A DNA stretch of 64,000 nt from Epiperipatus broadwayi (Eukaryota; Animalia; Onychophora). The translations under genes and the position numbers were made by a program. The notes beneath the pieces are model-generated. The model made no database searches, was not told where the DNA came from, and saw nothing but the letters and a program-made list of their open reading frames with translations. How positions within the stretch are numbered: the first letter of the stretch is position 1; the number at the start of each line of letters is the position of its first letter. Shown piece after piece: positions 50,722 to 64,000 of this stretch. The stretch lies in the NCBI GenBank assembly GCA_028023455.1, contig JAQFVV010000003.1, forward strand, positions 62,001-126,000, in the 5' to 3' direction.

Positions 50722-52638
50722 ATAGTAAAATGTCTACCTGTATGTCATTTAGTGCTATAACTTAATTAACAAAATAATAGCCAAAACATCTATTCATTTT
50801 AATTTAAAAATAAAGCAGTGAAAAGGCATATGTGTGTGCTTACATCTTGATTCAAAATTAGTATCAGAGTGCAGTTTCATAATAATCTTTATAGAAACAT
50901 GATAAATACTAGATTTTTTAAAAGAGAAGATAAATATGAATATTAAAAGTTATAAAAAATCATCTATAAAATAAAGATTTCTTAAAATACACATTTACTC
51001 CACTTTGTGAGGACAATTACTTCCCCAAAACTCATCATAAATAAGATGACATAAAAAGCAAAAACATATAATGGTTTTTTACAGAGAAAAATTAGTTCAT
51101 TTCTGCAGATAAATGTTACATCATAAAATGTGATTATTGTATTACCACAGAACTTAATAGTAATTTAAAAAACTTTCTAATGTACCATGTATGCATATAT
51201 CAACTATGCAATGTGTGTATTATTCAGATATGCATTCAAAATATGTATATGTGTAAGATAATACAATTTAAATCTATGTAAAAAAAAAAAACACCATCTT
51301 CTGAATCATCAGTTGGTCTAAAGGTCTAGCATTACTTTTAAAATCCTTTGATGATTTTTGTTTTTGTTGAAGATACATCAGTTGATGGCTTAGGATTTCT
51401 AGAAAAAATGGCTGACTTGCTTCTTTGATTTTCTCTTTGTTTAACATAAGTAAGGTTCTCATTCATAGACAAATCATTTTAGATTGATGCAGCATCCTAC
51501 ATCAGAATAAAATTCTTTGAATTTCTGCTCATGATCTCATGATATGAAATCAGTTACTTCATTTCATTGATGTCTAGATATTCTCTGCAGGTTTATTTTG
51601 TTTTTTCATTGTCTTTTTTTTTTTTTGCATTCAGTTGTGTTAATTCTTCATTAGTTAATTCTTTCCTGTGTGACGGCAAAATCCCTTCAATGTTGTCATC
51701 ATTAATTTCTTATTGGCATCTTTATTCAAAGTGTAGACAAAATGTTACATTAGTTGTTGAAGTTGGTACATCTTGAAGGTTGCAATGATTCTTTGATCCA
51801 TAGGTTGAGGAAATGATGTGGGATTCAATGGTATTAGTTGCAGTGATGATTCTAATAAAAACATATGTAATTGTAAAATTTAAAAAAAAATCATTAGAAA
51901 AAAAGTGTTGTTTTTACTGTGCAAATGTACAGAAAAATGGACTGAGAAAGGGAGCTCATGGTTGACAAGTTCTTGTGTTCTTTTGGCAATTGTACTGAAA
52001 AAAACAAATCTATACTGAAGTTTCATTTTTTTAAATTCATAGTCTTATATTATTTATATGAAATTATTTAGAATTATAAATGCAATGTTTAATAATATCT
52101 CATTTAATAGTATTCTTATGACCAATAAAGTTTGTTATTTAGCAATAGTGTAAATGTAGCCAAATATAGAACTCTACTTTACCAAAGCCTAATCATGAAA
52201 TTCTGATATATTAAAAAAGTACTTAATGCCTTCTGTATTTGCATATTGCAATCAGTATTTAAGACGTTTTTTTACAGTATGTACTATGTGGTTCTTAATA
52301 AACAGCACTTTATATACAAATATACTATCTGTAGTCTTTTATGAAATGTCACATTTTGTTACACATAATAGCCACATAAATACAATGACCTAGAAATTTT
52401 TTGAATAAGACAGTACATTTTAATGGTGGAAATACAGGTCATTTAATTAGAAATTAAAAGCATGAAGCTTTTTAAATTTATTTGTATAGCATTTTCATTA
52501 TGTACAATTTATTATCAAAGGTGTAATGTATAAAAGAATTTCCCTCATTTCTTTTTCATTTTTACTGAATATGTTTATGATAATAGCAGATTTGATATGA
52601 CTGAAATTAGCATTTATAAAAGTTTTAATTTAAAATTG

Positions 52639-52699
52639 CAGAGGCTAAACTTTCCATACAGTAGTGCCACTCAGTGCAGTATGGAGAGTTTAGCCTCTG
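52639..52699. mobile_element. Miniature fold-back of family B termini
   Basis: cagaggctaaactttccatac-agtagtgccactcagtgca-gtatggagagtttagcctctg. The left part matches 28981-29018 and the right part is its inverted end. Confidence 0.75.
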
Positions 52700-54598
52700 T
52701 GTAAACAGCTTATGTAAGCATAAAGAATGGTGATCATGTGATGTTTAATGGTTTAATAAAATTGTTTGACTGAATATATTAACTAATAGGAATAAGTACG
52801 TATTGTAAATTTAATTATTAAAAATGTGACCAAAATTTAATTTATTTTTAGTTTTATATTGAATGAATTTTGTATTTTTTTTGTTATTATAATTTTTTAC
52901 ATTTGTGATAATGTCATCATTGTCTTGGATATGTCTGAAACAAATTATAAAATTATGATATAAAATTTAGTAAGAAAATATTATTTTTAATTCAGATTTA
53001 GTAACTTTTGATCATATAAAGTTGATTATTAATTGTGTAACTCATTAAATCCTTTCCTTCTCTCCCCCCTTTTTATTGTTGAAAATAATTTAGATTTAAG
53101 ATGATGTCAGTTTTAATTTGACTGAAAAGTTTTTATTCCAAATTAGTTGACTAAATATTCTAGGCAATATAGTATTAAAATTAATTATTAATAATATAGT
53201 ATATGACCAAAATTTATTAGTAGTTTTATGCATAATGAAATGTGTATTTATTTTTTCAGCACAATATCTTTTTATATTTACCATAATGTTCCTTTTGATT
53301 TGATATGACTGGAACAAATTACGACATTATGATTTAAAATTAAGCAAATACTATACAATAAATTATATTTTACACTTATATTTGGTAAATTTGATCATAT
53401 AAAGTTGATTATTAAATGTATAATGAACAAAATATTTTTTTTAAAATAACTTGCAATTATGGTAACTAATTTTACAATTACGATGAGTGTAATTTTTGCT
53501 GCAAGCAAAATATCATTAGTAAGAATTTTAAACTATAAAAATGAGTAAATATACAATTTATAAGCTAATGTACTTATTTTAAAATATAATAATACTGTTG
53601 ATTTGCATCAAAATAGGTTTCCGATTACTCAATGAATTAAATGAAATGCATTTTTTTAACTTTTGTACTATATGTCATTAATAAATGTAGTGATTGTGTT
53701 GTGAGGACATTGAATAAAAATCAAATAGAATACTGTACATTAATCATATTTTGATTTTATAATCAAAATACTATGTATTTTAATATTGTATATTGTACTG
53801 TGTATAAAGAATAAACTCTATATTGTACATTTTTAGCATGAATGCCATCATTTTTTTTTTGGATGACATAAATTTACTATCTTATGACATCATAAATCTT
53901 ACAAAATGGCAGCCATTTTCAAGATAATAATTTTAATAAAAAATTCAATTTTTTTTTATTATTGCTATAGTGAATAATTAATTTTAAATCAAAATACTAT
54001 GCACAAATTGATGATGATTGCCATGACAAATTTTTGCATATAAAATTCCAGCACTAAACAAAATATAAGGGTAATTTTTTTACATTTTATAAATTCTTAC
54101 CTACAGTTTATTCTTATATATCAATCCCTTTACAAGATTTGACTGAACTCTCAAATCTATTATTTATTTTTCAAATGACATCTCTTGCAGTTTTTGTAAT
54201 ATTATGCTTTTTTTTTTTTACTGCTGATTAACATTTATCTTTATATTTTTATGACTTCTTCAATATCTAATACCTTGTGAAAAACCAATATATTCTTTAC
54301 AGTTAAATCACTTTCTAAAGTCTTGATTTATCAGGTAATGGTAGTTTTTCCCTCAGGATTTTATAGGTTTAGTTGGATGTCATGTCTTCAGTCTTATTGT
54401 AGGGTTACACATCTGGGAGAAAATAATTCACTAAGTAAGTGGCCATTGCTAATCATTTTGATATTTTTATCCACTCATTGAGGTATAGCATATTGTGAAA
54501 TATATGTGAAGTATAATACAAATACTTATATTTCTATTTGCGGCAGCAATTAAATATCTTATTGTTGACTTGACTTCAGTTTGGTAAACACTAGGAAT

Positions 54599-56175
54599 TC
54601 ATTATCATCTTCAACCATTATCAATCCACTGCAGGATGAAAGTCTCTCCAAGTTTAATCCATCTTCTCTGATATTTAGCTTCTCTTCTTCACACCACCCC
54701 TCCACATTTTCTTATTTCATCCACCCATCTCACGTGTTGTCTCTTTCTGGGTCTTTTACAATCTCTTGGAATTCAGTTTAAAATTTCAATTGTCATCTAT
54801 TATCATCTCCTCTAGCAATATGTCTAGCCCAACTCCACTTTAATCTTTTAATTTTTTCAATGAGGTCAGTAACACCTGTTTGTTCTCTTACCCTGACATT
54901 GTGTTTTTAATCTCTTCTTGTTACTCCCAACATACATCTCTCCATACTTCTTTGAGTGGTCTGAAGTCTCTGTATTGCTCTTCTATTAAGTGTCCAAGTC
55001 TCAGATCCATAAGTAAGAACTAGTAAAACACATTTGTTAAAAACCTTCCTTTTCAAACACATAGGCATATTTCCTTTTAGTATCAAGTTATTTCTACCAA
55101 AAGCACTCCAACCAAGTTTAATTCTATGATTAATTTCCTCCATTATGTTTCCATCTGTATTAATAATCTGACCAAGGTATTTGTAACTGTTAACTTCTTC
55201 TAATTCATCATAATCAATCTTTATTTTCATATTTTGAGCAAATCGATTAAACATTACTTTAGTCTTTTTAACATTTATCTTTAGTCCTACTTTCCTACTT
55301 TTATCTGATAACTCCTGCAACATTTCCTGCAGCTCTGAAGCATTATTTGCAAAAACAACTACATCATCTGTGAAATCTAAATGACTTAAATAATCTCCAT
55401 TTACTTTCACTCCTTTAGCTTCCCATTTTAATCCACAAAATACTTCTTGCAGCACTGCTGTAAAAAGTTTTGGAGATATGGAGTCACCCTGTCTTACACT
55501 CTTTTCAATGTTGATTTTCATACTATCATTATGTAATCTAATTGTTGCTATTGCATTTTTCTAAATATTCTTTAAAATGTGATAATATCCTGGATCTACA
55601 CCTTGATGATTCAATGCTTTAATCACTGAAGAAATGTTTATAGAATCAAATGCCTTTTCATAATCTACAAATCCAAAACATAATGACAACTCATATTCAT
55701 CTGTACTTTCTATAACTTCTCTCAATACCTGGATATGATCTACTGCACTAAAACCACTTTTAAATCCAGCTTGTTTTCTTGGTTGGTGGAAATCCAGTGT
55801 CTTCTGTAGACGAGTTGTATTTATCTTGGTAAAAACTTTATATAAAACTGATAAAAGGCTGATAGGTCTGTAATTTCTAATATCTTCTTTATCACCTTTT
55901 TTTTAAATATTAATATTATTACTGCATTCTTCCAATCATCTGGTACATCTTTATCATTTAGACATTTGGTATATAACTTTGCTAAAAAAAATTCTATTTC
56001 TTCACCTGCTTCTTTTAATACATCAATTATATTTCCATCATTACCTGGAGCCTTTCTTTTCTTCATACATTTAATTGCATGTCTCTCTTCTTTATTTAAG
56101 ATTCTGGGCAATTCAGAAGATGTAATTATGCACTCTTTTTTCCTGATTTCTGTCTATAACTTTTCATCTCTGTAA
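54599..56175 (-). mobile_element. 5'-truncated RTE-clade LINE, ORF2 RT region (disrupted)
   Basis: ORFs 55821-56111 (KAPGNDG, VPDDWKNAVIILIFKK) and 54907-55521 (VRQGDSISPKLF, DFTDDVVVF, YKYLGQ, LTYGSETWTL, QRSMERCMLG). The typical RTE 3' end cagtggattgataatggttgaagatgataatga ends at ~54599. Confidence 0.9.
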
Positions 56176-59100
56176 ATGGAGCATGATGACATGTAAATTA
56201 GTTGGTTAAATATATAAAAGATCTTGATTGGAATAAATAGACTACAGCTGTAATTTGGAAAGTATGTTATTTATTTTAATCTGGTAATTGCCTTTTTTGT
56301 ATGTAATTAATTTTAGATAAATAAATCTATTATTTTCTTTTAATTGAATTAAATTAAATTAATATGAATCCAAATATTTTGTAATGTAACTTTGTAAATT
56401 ATTAATATAATAAAAGTACTTATAAAATTGTTTTATTTATTTATTTTTCTATATACTTGATATCAGAAATATTAAAATTTGATTGTATTCTGCTACAGAA
56501 TAGTTTCTCTTTCAGTTTCTTTCTTTCATTTCTAAAATAGTATCTTCTCAAATAAAAATAAATATCGTTTATTTATATTAACTTTGTTTATTTTTTTAAA
56601 AGTGATCCTTAAATAATGACTAAAAGGTAGCAATAAAGTGAAAATAACTTTCACTTTGTAAACTTGCTATGAAAAACAATATCTTCTGGATTATATGTAT
56701 AATATTTAAATAGAAATGAAGTTACTATGTTTGATGTGACAATTGGTTATCTGTTATTATAGTTAAACAAGAACAGATGAAGCTAAAACTCATTTGTGCA
56801 GAGATTGATCAACTTTTTTCTTCAATAAATAAATATTATGTAATTCATAGATGTCACTTTAAAGATTTGATATGATATTATATATATATTGAAATATGAT
56901 GAGAATTTTCCATGTAATCTAAAAAAGCTGAAAATGGAAGCTGAAATCATATGATCTAGTAATAAGAGTAACATTTATATAAATATTTTAATAGTTATAT
57001 AAGTAGTAATTCAGATATAACTATTTTATGAATAACAATTTCATGAGTAATAAATATAACAATTTTTTAGAATTTTATAAATAATTCACCCCCCCCTCCC
57101 AAGTTGTAAATATTAATTTAATGATTTTCATGGATTTATAGGTTAAACATTAAAATATAATAAAAAATTTACCATATAATAATCTAGATAAAATTTCAGT
57201 TATGATGTAACTAGGCAATAAGAAATTAAAACTAAAAATGCAAATTGAAATGATATGATTTAATAATAACAAAATATTTGTTTGACTTATGTAAAATTTC
57301 TGGAAAAGATGTTTAATTATTTGCAAATATTCAGAATTGTTATATTTCAAAATTTTACACACATATATAAAGTATTTATGTCTGATTTACTATTCTTATA
57401 ATAGCCAGAGCTAAAAGTGGTCCACTTTTAGTTTAACATAAATCAGAGATATACTTTTGCTATTATTAGCTTCTATGTTTTTAATTTGCATTTTGAGTTT
57501 TAATTAGTTGTTGACTAAATACACTGTATTTGAAATTTTATGTAGATAATTACATAGAAAAATATCCTTTATATTTCAGTAATTACAACTAGAAAACTAT
57601 GAAAATTTTTTAAATAATGTATACAACTCTTTGTGGAAATGCTTGATCACTTGTAAAAAGTCAGAGAATTTATTATATTTTAAATTTTCATTCATATAAA
57701 GAAACTATCTTTTATAACAGCTAGAACATTAAGCTAAAAATAGTCAGCTTTTAGTTTAATGTAATTCAGTCAAATACTACGTTATTTACTAAAAACATGG
57801 TTTTAGCTTTCATTTCCAGTTTTTATTAATTGTTGCCTGGTTAGAAATTAATGTAGATTATTATATTAAAAATAATATATATTATAAAAAATGTTTTCAG
57901 GAGCAACCATGTTTATGTTGGTATATTTACTTTATTATTATTTTATTAAACTTGGTTGCTTTCAATGTTTTATAAAACATCTCTTACCCATGAGAACATT
58001 CATCATTCATATATAATTAAAAAAATAGAATTAATTGTATAATTTTCAATAAATAAATAAATAATAATATTCAAGATGGAATCATCCCTAACTTAGATAT
58101 AATTGTTTTTATAAAATTGTCTAAAAACAAAAACTTATAATTTTGATTTTAATCCACAGATTACAATTCCTTTATCATATATTATAGTCTAATGGCATGG
58201 GTTTAATAAAATTAATTCATAAGCTAAATTGAATTAATTCTAATATAAATTAATTACAGAAATTAACTAAGGCAACGAATTAGCATTTAAATAATCTTAA
58301 ATCAAAATGTGATAAAAAGTTTTTCCCATAAATTTAGACATATCAACAAATATCATTACTCCGATTTTAATTATTAGCAGCTCAAAACAAAGATTAATTA
58401 ACATATTATTCTTTTACCCTTACAAAATTGATAGCTTCAATATTTTAAAGATTTTTAGTTTAAAAAAAAGTTTTTTTTATTTTTAATGGCAATTTTAACC
58501 ACATCATTTGCAAACTACCAAATAAATTTAAAATTATTTCAAGATTTCTGATAGGTACATTAAGAAAAATTACAATTATATCTTAACTCCAGAAATCACT
58601 TCACTCTAGAGCATTTATAATAAAGAATGCAATAATCAATTAAATCTACAAACTAATTTTTGGATATTAAACTTCATCTGTGAAAAGTCCTGGATTGTAG
58701 ACATTTACGTACTTTCTCATTGATACTAATATATAATCTGGAGCTTTATTAGCAGCATTATCTGATAGATTCAAGTAATGCAAACTAGATTATTGATATT
58801 AAAGCATATTTATTATGAAACTAGGGATCCGTGTGATACTTGTTTTTGGTATTTAAAACTACACCCATAGGAGTGCTATCATATATTAATAGCATAAACA
58901 ATAAAAGTGAAACAATTTTTTAAAAACAAAGTATTAAATCTCTTTATAATTTATATCTGGCATTTATAAAATATTTTATGAGAATGATATATTATGTATA
59001 GTTTAAACTGGTAGTACTAATTTGACTTTTATATTTGAGTCATTTTTGTTATACACCTTTACCTCTATTAGTGATGGACCTTTACATGAGACTTCTCCAT

Positions 59101-61138
59101 AGCTATTATCATTAATTTGTACCCATTATTTTAATGTACAATCAATTATTTGCTATTAGGATCTTTAAAAAAAAAATCAAATATTTTATAAATAACAATC
59201 ACTATTATTTAAAATGACAACAATTTTGTAAGAGTAATGGCATTTTAAAATAATGACTTCACTAAAGCCATTTTATCTGAAAATAAAATGGTGATGGGAT
59301 TAAAAATGTATAGTGTAATACAGAATTTATTCATTATGTCATGTACAATATTAATTTGATTATAGAATTGAAATATGATTAATGGATTTTATTTGGTTTT
59401 CATATAGTGATTTTGCAAGATAGTCAGTGGTTTTATTTATAATATAATGAAAGTAAAGAAAATTTACACGAATAAAAATTACAAGACCAAAAATATGTCG
59501 GCTTCATTCAGTATAGTAAGTAATCAAGATCATACTTTTATCACATATAACAAAATGTGTAAAATTAGGTAAAATATATTTACTCAAAATTCTTATGAAC
59601 ATTATTTTGCTTGTAGCAAAGATTATATACATATATAAATCATAATGGTAAAATATTACACATTATAATTGTAAATTAATTTGAAAGCAATGATTCCATG
59701 TATTATGGAGTTAATAATTAACTTTATATGATTAAAAGTTATTGAACATAAGTTTAAAACATGATTTATTTGGTCAAATTTAAATCAATAATTTTGTAAC
59801 TTGTTTCCAAAAATGGTGGCTGTTAAAAATATACACCCTTTAGTATTGGCAAAAAAAAAAAAGATTTAGTTATTTAGATAATTAAAATTTCAGCAATCAA
59901 TTGTACTTTACCTTTCTTTATCAAATTTTTATTTAATTTTATTGCATTTATGTAAAATACATACAGTGGTGCCATCAATTATAAAATGAAAGACATAATA
60001 AAATACATCAAAAATAAATTTTAAAATGCATATTGTGCAAATCATTATTATTTTTAAATTTAAAATATACATTATAGTTAGTTCATTTTTTTACATCATA
60101 CTTTATTGTAAAGAATAATGAATTTGAAAATATTCTCTCATGACTTAATAAACAAAATGGCAGCTTGTCATATATATATATGTAATAATATGCTTAGTAA
60201 AATGTTATTTCATTAATTAACATATTTTTTAATTTAAACTTTGATTTCTTTAATCAAATTTTTAGATATTTTGAACTTAAAGTAATGAGTTAATTTTCAT
60301 CATAAAAATTCATTATCTTTGATTATTTATTTACTTAGTGAGATCTTCAATTTATAATGCATTTTGGAGCACCAGTTACTCTTGCTATCTGGGCTAAAGG
60401 TATATTTTTATACTATTTCATTATTTCCTAATGTAGTTCTAAATCTGAGGTACTTAAATTATATTAAGAGCATGGCAGGCATCATCAAACTATCATGATG
60501 ATGATGATCAAATATTATCACTGGTTTATTGAACATAATATCTAACTTTTGTAATTTGTTTCTTGGAAAAAAAAATCTGTATATCTTTCAAAGTACTACA
60601 TAAACTAAATTATATATAAAATGTCGATATATTATGCACTGTTTTATACTGAATATGTAGACTATAAATAAAATGCAGCACAAACATATTAAGTGGAATA
60701 TTCACAATTTTATTTTTATTGCTTATCATATGGCAGTCACTTGGTTGAAAAATCCAGTGACATTCAATCCCAAAATAGTAATGAACAGATGTATAAACAA
60801 ATCTTACTACAAAAATAATTTTAAAATGCAGAACAGTAATTAACTAAACAGAGATTATATTTTTTACTTTTCTCAGTTGAAAACTGAGACAGAAAACTTT
60901 ATTTAGCTGGATTCTACCTCAATCACTAACGACTAAGTTCTCTATATCACTGTTCGTTTAAATAACAATTTCAAAAGCAGTGCAACTTGATATATCATAA
61001 TAAAATCTGGAATTTAAAGGTATGATGTAAAACCCTGGACAAAGTAAATTTATTCCGTAAACATAGATAGCAACCAATTTTCTTAAGGCGATAGACTAAA
61101 CGTAATCTAATAAGATTATATATATGAGTAGACACATA

Positions 61139-61140
61139 TT

Positions 61141-61170
<30 letters not shown>
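61139..61170. repeat. (CA)n(TA)n microsatellite
   Basis: Directly visible. Confidence 0.9.
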
Positions 61171-61173
<3 letters not shown>

Positions 61174-63049
61174 GCACACAAAATTAAAAATTGGCTGCAA
61201 AAATAGTTTTAAAATGCAGGATAATTGCAAAATCTTATCTACTAAAACAAAAAAAACAACTTTTTATTTTTTTAAAGCCAGACATTTTTTTTAGCGTATT
61301 TGAAAGCTCCAAACATTTATAATAATATATTATTCATAAAAAGCTTTATAAAATGACCACTTGACTTGTTCCTTTATTACACTCAGTGAACAAAACAGAT
61401 ATCATTGGATTGAATTCCTTAAATCATTCAGCTGATGGAAGCAATGAATAAATTCCCCATAATTCATAGCTTCACAATTATCATTATTTTTCTGACAAAA
61501 AACAATCATTTTTCATTCAAGCACCTTAAACGAAAAATGACACATTTTTCATTCTTTACCGCCCCCAAATCTCTAGTGTAATTTGCTTCTCTTAAAATCT
61601 TTATAAAATGGCTTAATGAAATATAATAGATTTAATACACTCCTACATTTACTAACCATCAGTTCAACTTTACAACCACTTTCAGTTACTATGGCAACAA
61701 AGATTCATAAAGCCTTTAAGTCTTTGAACTGTATACAGTAGTTTGGATGAAAAGTTAACTTTGATTTCATCAATTGGTTATTACATTTACCAAAAATTTA
61801 GACAATTAACAAATGAAGTAATTTTAAAGCAGATATATAACTTTAACCCCCCAAAATGTAAAATATAGTTTCAATAATTGTTATAAAAGTCAATAGTAGC
61901 TCCTTATATCTATCTTTACTGTTCAGTGGAAGATCCTTGTGGCATAACAGAAAGTATATTAATCGGTCTTGACTATGGGGCTTGAATTTGGGTCAGCTAA
62001 ACATAGACATGTTTTTCAGATTTTAATCAATGTTTAATATTTAAAAAAAAATAGCTGATCAACAAGTAATCCAATTGATCATTTAACATTGGTTGGAAAA
62101 TGGATATTTAGCTATTCTAGCTAGAGAGTAAACAAGGTATTATTGGCAAGCTTATTGCATAACGTTTTTTTTCTATAACTTAATAACTTATATTTATTAC
62201 TTTTTAAATTTATATGTGGTAAATATGAACTGAAATTTTATTTTATACTATGTTTTTATTTACCAAGTTTTTTTTTTTTTAAAAAAAAAACACAACGTTA
62301 TGACACTTGATTTTCGATTATGTATATTAAATTAATATGATTATTTTTTTTAGAGTAAAGTAAGATTGTTAAATGTAATATCTGATATTAATTTATGTTT
62401 AGATTCATAGAAGCACCTTGTTCCATTTTAAGTATTTATAGACTGGTAAAGCCAATTTAAATAGTCCACGGAAATGTAAAGGCTTTTTTAAAAATTTGGA
62501 CTAAAGTGTCTATTTCATTCTTGTTTACCCTCCAAGTTCTAGAATAGGTAAATATTGATATACTAAACAGTATGAAATAGTTTTCTGAATTGATTATGTC
62601 AGCTAATTGTCAAAAAGTCTAAACCTGATTCAAACTTTTAAAAATATTTCTAATCAGATTTTAAACTCAGATCATGTTTTTGGCATGCAAATATGTAACC
62701 ACTATATATAAAATCCATTCTAAATGATTATGGTGGGTTATAAATATATTTAGTTAAATCATTTTGCTAATAAATGATGCATATGAATGTTAATCATAAT
62801 ATTTTATGAGTATAGTTATACAGCAGTGTACTAGTTAAAGACTTATATTTTTACTTTACCATATTGTTCAGAAGTATTTATAAAAAAAAATATTATACTA
62901 GCCAAAACCTGACAGAGTTATAAATGCTCACAGACAAATCTATATATTCACTTACTCATGACAATACTATCAGTTATTGTCAAAAAGCAGGTTTATGTTC
63001 CCAAATCCACTAACATTCCCTAAGTCTTTATGTATTTTACCTTTCACAT

Positions 63050-63720
63050 ACTTATTTATTACCTTTTTAAAATTTGTCAATAAATTTTTTTTTTCTATCT
63101 TTTTACAAATAGTTCTTATAATTTCTTATATTACATCTCTTAGTCATGTATAACCCCATTTCCACGTCTTTTTAACACAGTTATATTTCTGATCCTATTT
63201 TTCAACTTAACTTTTCCACTCTACTTCATATTCACATTTCTGAAGCCTCTGATTTCTCTTTCAGTTTTTGAAGTTGTCTATATTTTTAATCCACATAGTT
63301 AACAAACATTCTTCCTAGATCTACTTGTAATGGTTGGCAGAATATCTTTCCTTTATTAAGACCTGTTTGGATATTGCAATTTATATGATTTCTTTATCAC
63401 TATTTCTGTTATCAATTATCCCAGTTTCCAAATACTTAAAGATACTAATCTGGTTAATAACTTATGTCCCATTGCTTGTTCCTAATCCCTCTTATCCATT
63501 ATCTATTTTCATTAATTTAATTAGCATTTATTTTGATAATAAACTTTTTGTAAGGTTTGTCAATTCTTTATAATATTTTAATCAGGTTACCTTTATGGAT
63601 GAAATAATTCTACATCATTATAATACTAATATAATTAAATCTACCCCCTCCACACCACATGCTAATTCAGTCTTCATCGAATATCTTTATTCTGAGACTA
63701 GACAACTTTTTTGTCTTACT
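63050..63720 (-). mobile_element. Degenerate RTE-like LINE remnant
   Basis: Minus strand gives QISIFKYLETGIIDNRNSDKEII..IAISKQ (QVxxFKYLG...EIxxRIA-like), followed by a decayed EAFEMW...W.DRIRN-like segment. Confidence 0.5.
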
Positions 63721-64000
63721 TATTTTCTCATAGCTATTTTCATTATAAGATTATTTAATTGTTTAGGTATATTAATATATAATGATTTTTAATAAACACA
63801 TAAATAATTGTATAGGTAACAATTATGTAATATTAAGAATAAAAGTCTATTGGATAAAACAAACAAGGTCAAATATATTAATAAGGTATTTCAAGCAAAA
63901 TTCCTAAAGAATCAAACAAAACTAATTGTTTTTTAATATTACTATCTGACAAACAAGGACCATATAAAAGTGATCATTTTGATTATCTTTTTTCTAATGA

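Noticed and set aside
52940-53420. Degenerate ~385-bp-spaced direct repeat (tttgatcatataaagttgattatta x2)
   Set aside because: An old local duplication in AT-rich DNA with no further structure or coding signal.

Overview
Very AT-rich, CpG-depleted animal (invertebrate-like) genomic DNA with no intact protein-coding gene. One convincing host exon is present: a 50-bp minus-strand exon at 24041-24090 encoding VSAERYDPESDEDDSER, the linker of a type II cAMP-dependent protein kinase regulatory subunit. The window therefore looks mostly intronic, and no neighbouring exon could be found by eye. It contains decayed non-LTR retrotransposons (L1/Tx1-like, Ingi/Vingi-like, several RTE, one with a CCHC knuckle and (AAT)n tail), three tRNA-Val-derived SINEs, and two independent ~2.2-kb TG...CA solo-LTR-like insertions with 4-bp TSDs and a CRE-like/TATA/TCAGT promoter. 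There is also a ~360-bp tandem array that inverts, and an unusual density of long fold-back inverted repeats. The main discovery is that many fold-backs are head-to-head pairs of short elements from three, possibly four, unrelated families. Each family carries a minimal type I hammerhead ribozyme motif (CTGANGA...GAAA...NUH with a tiny palindromic stem III), the hallmark of Penelope-like pLTRs and retrozymes. All pairs share the same divergent polarity, and all five family A ribozyme copies are mutated at the same core CpG. All alignments, translations and folds were done by eye; boundaries of decayed elements are approximate.
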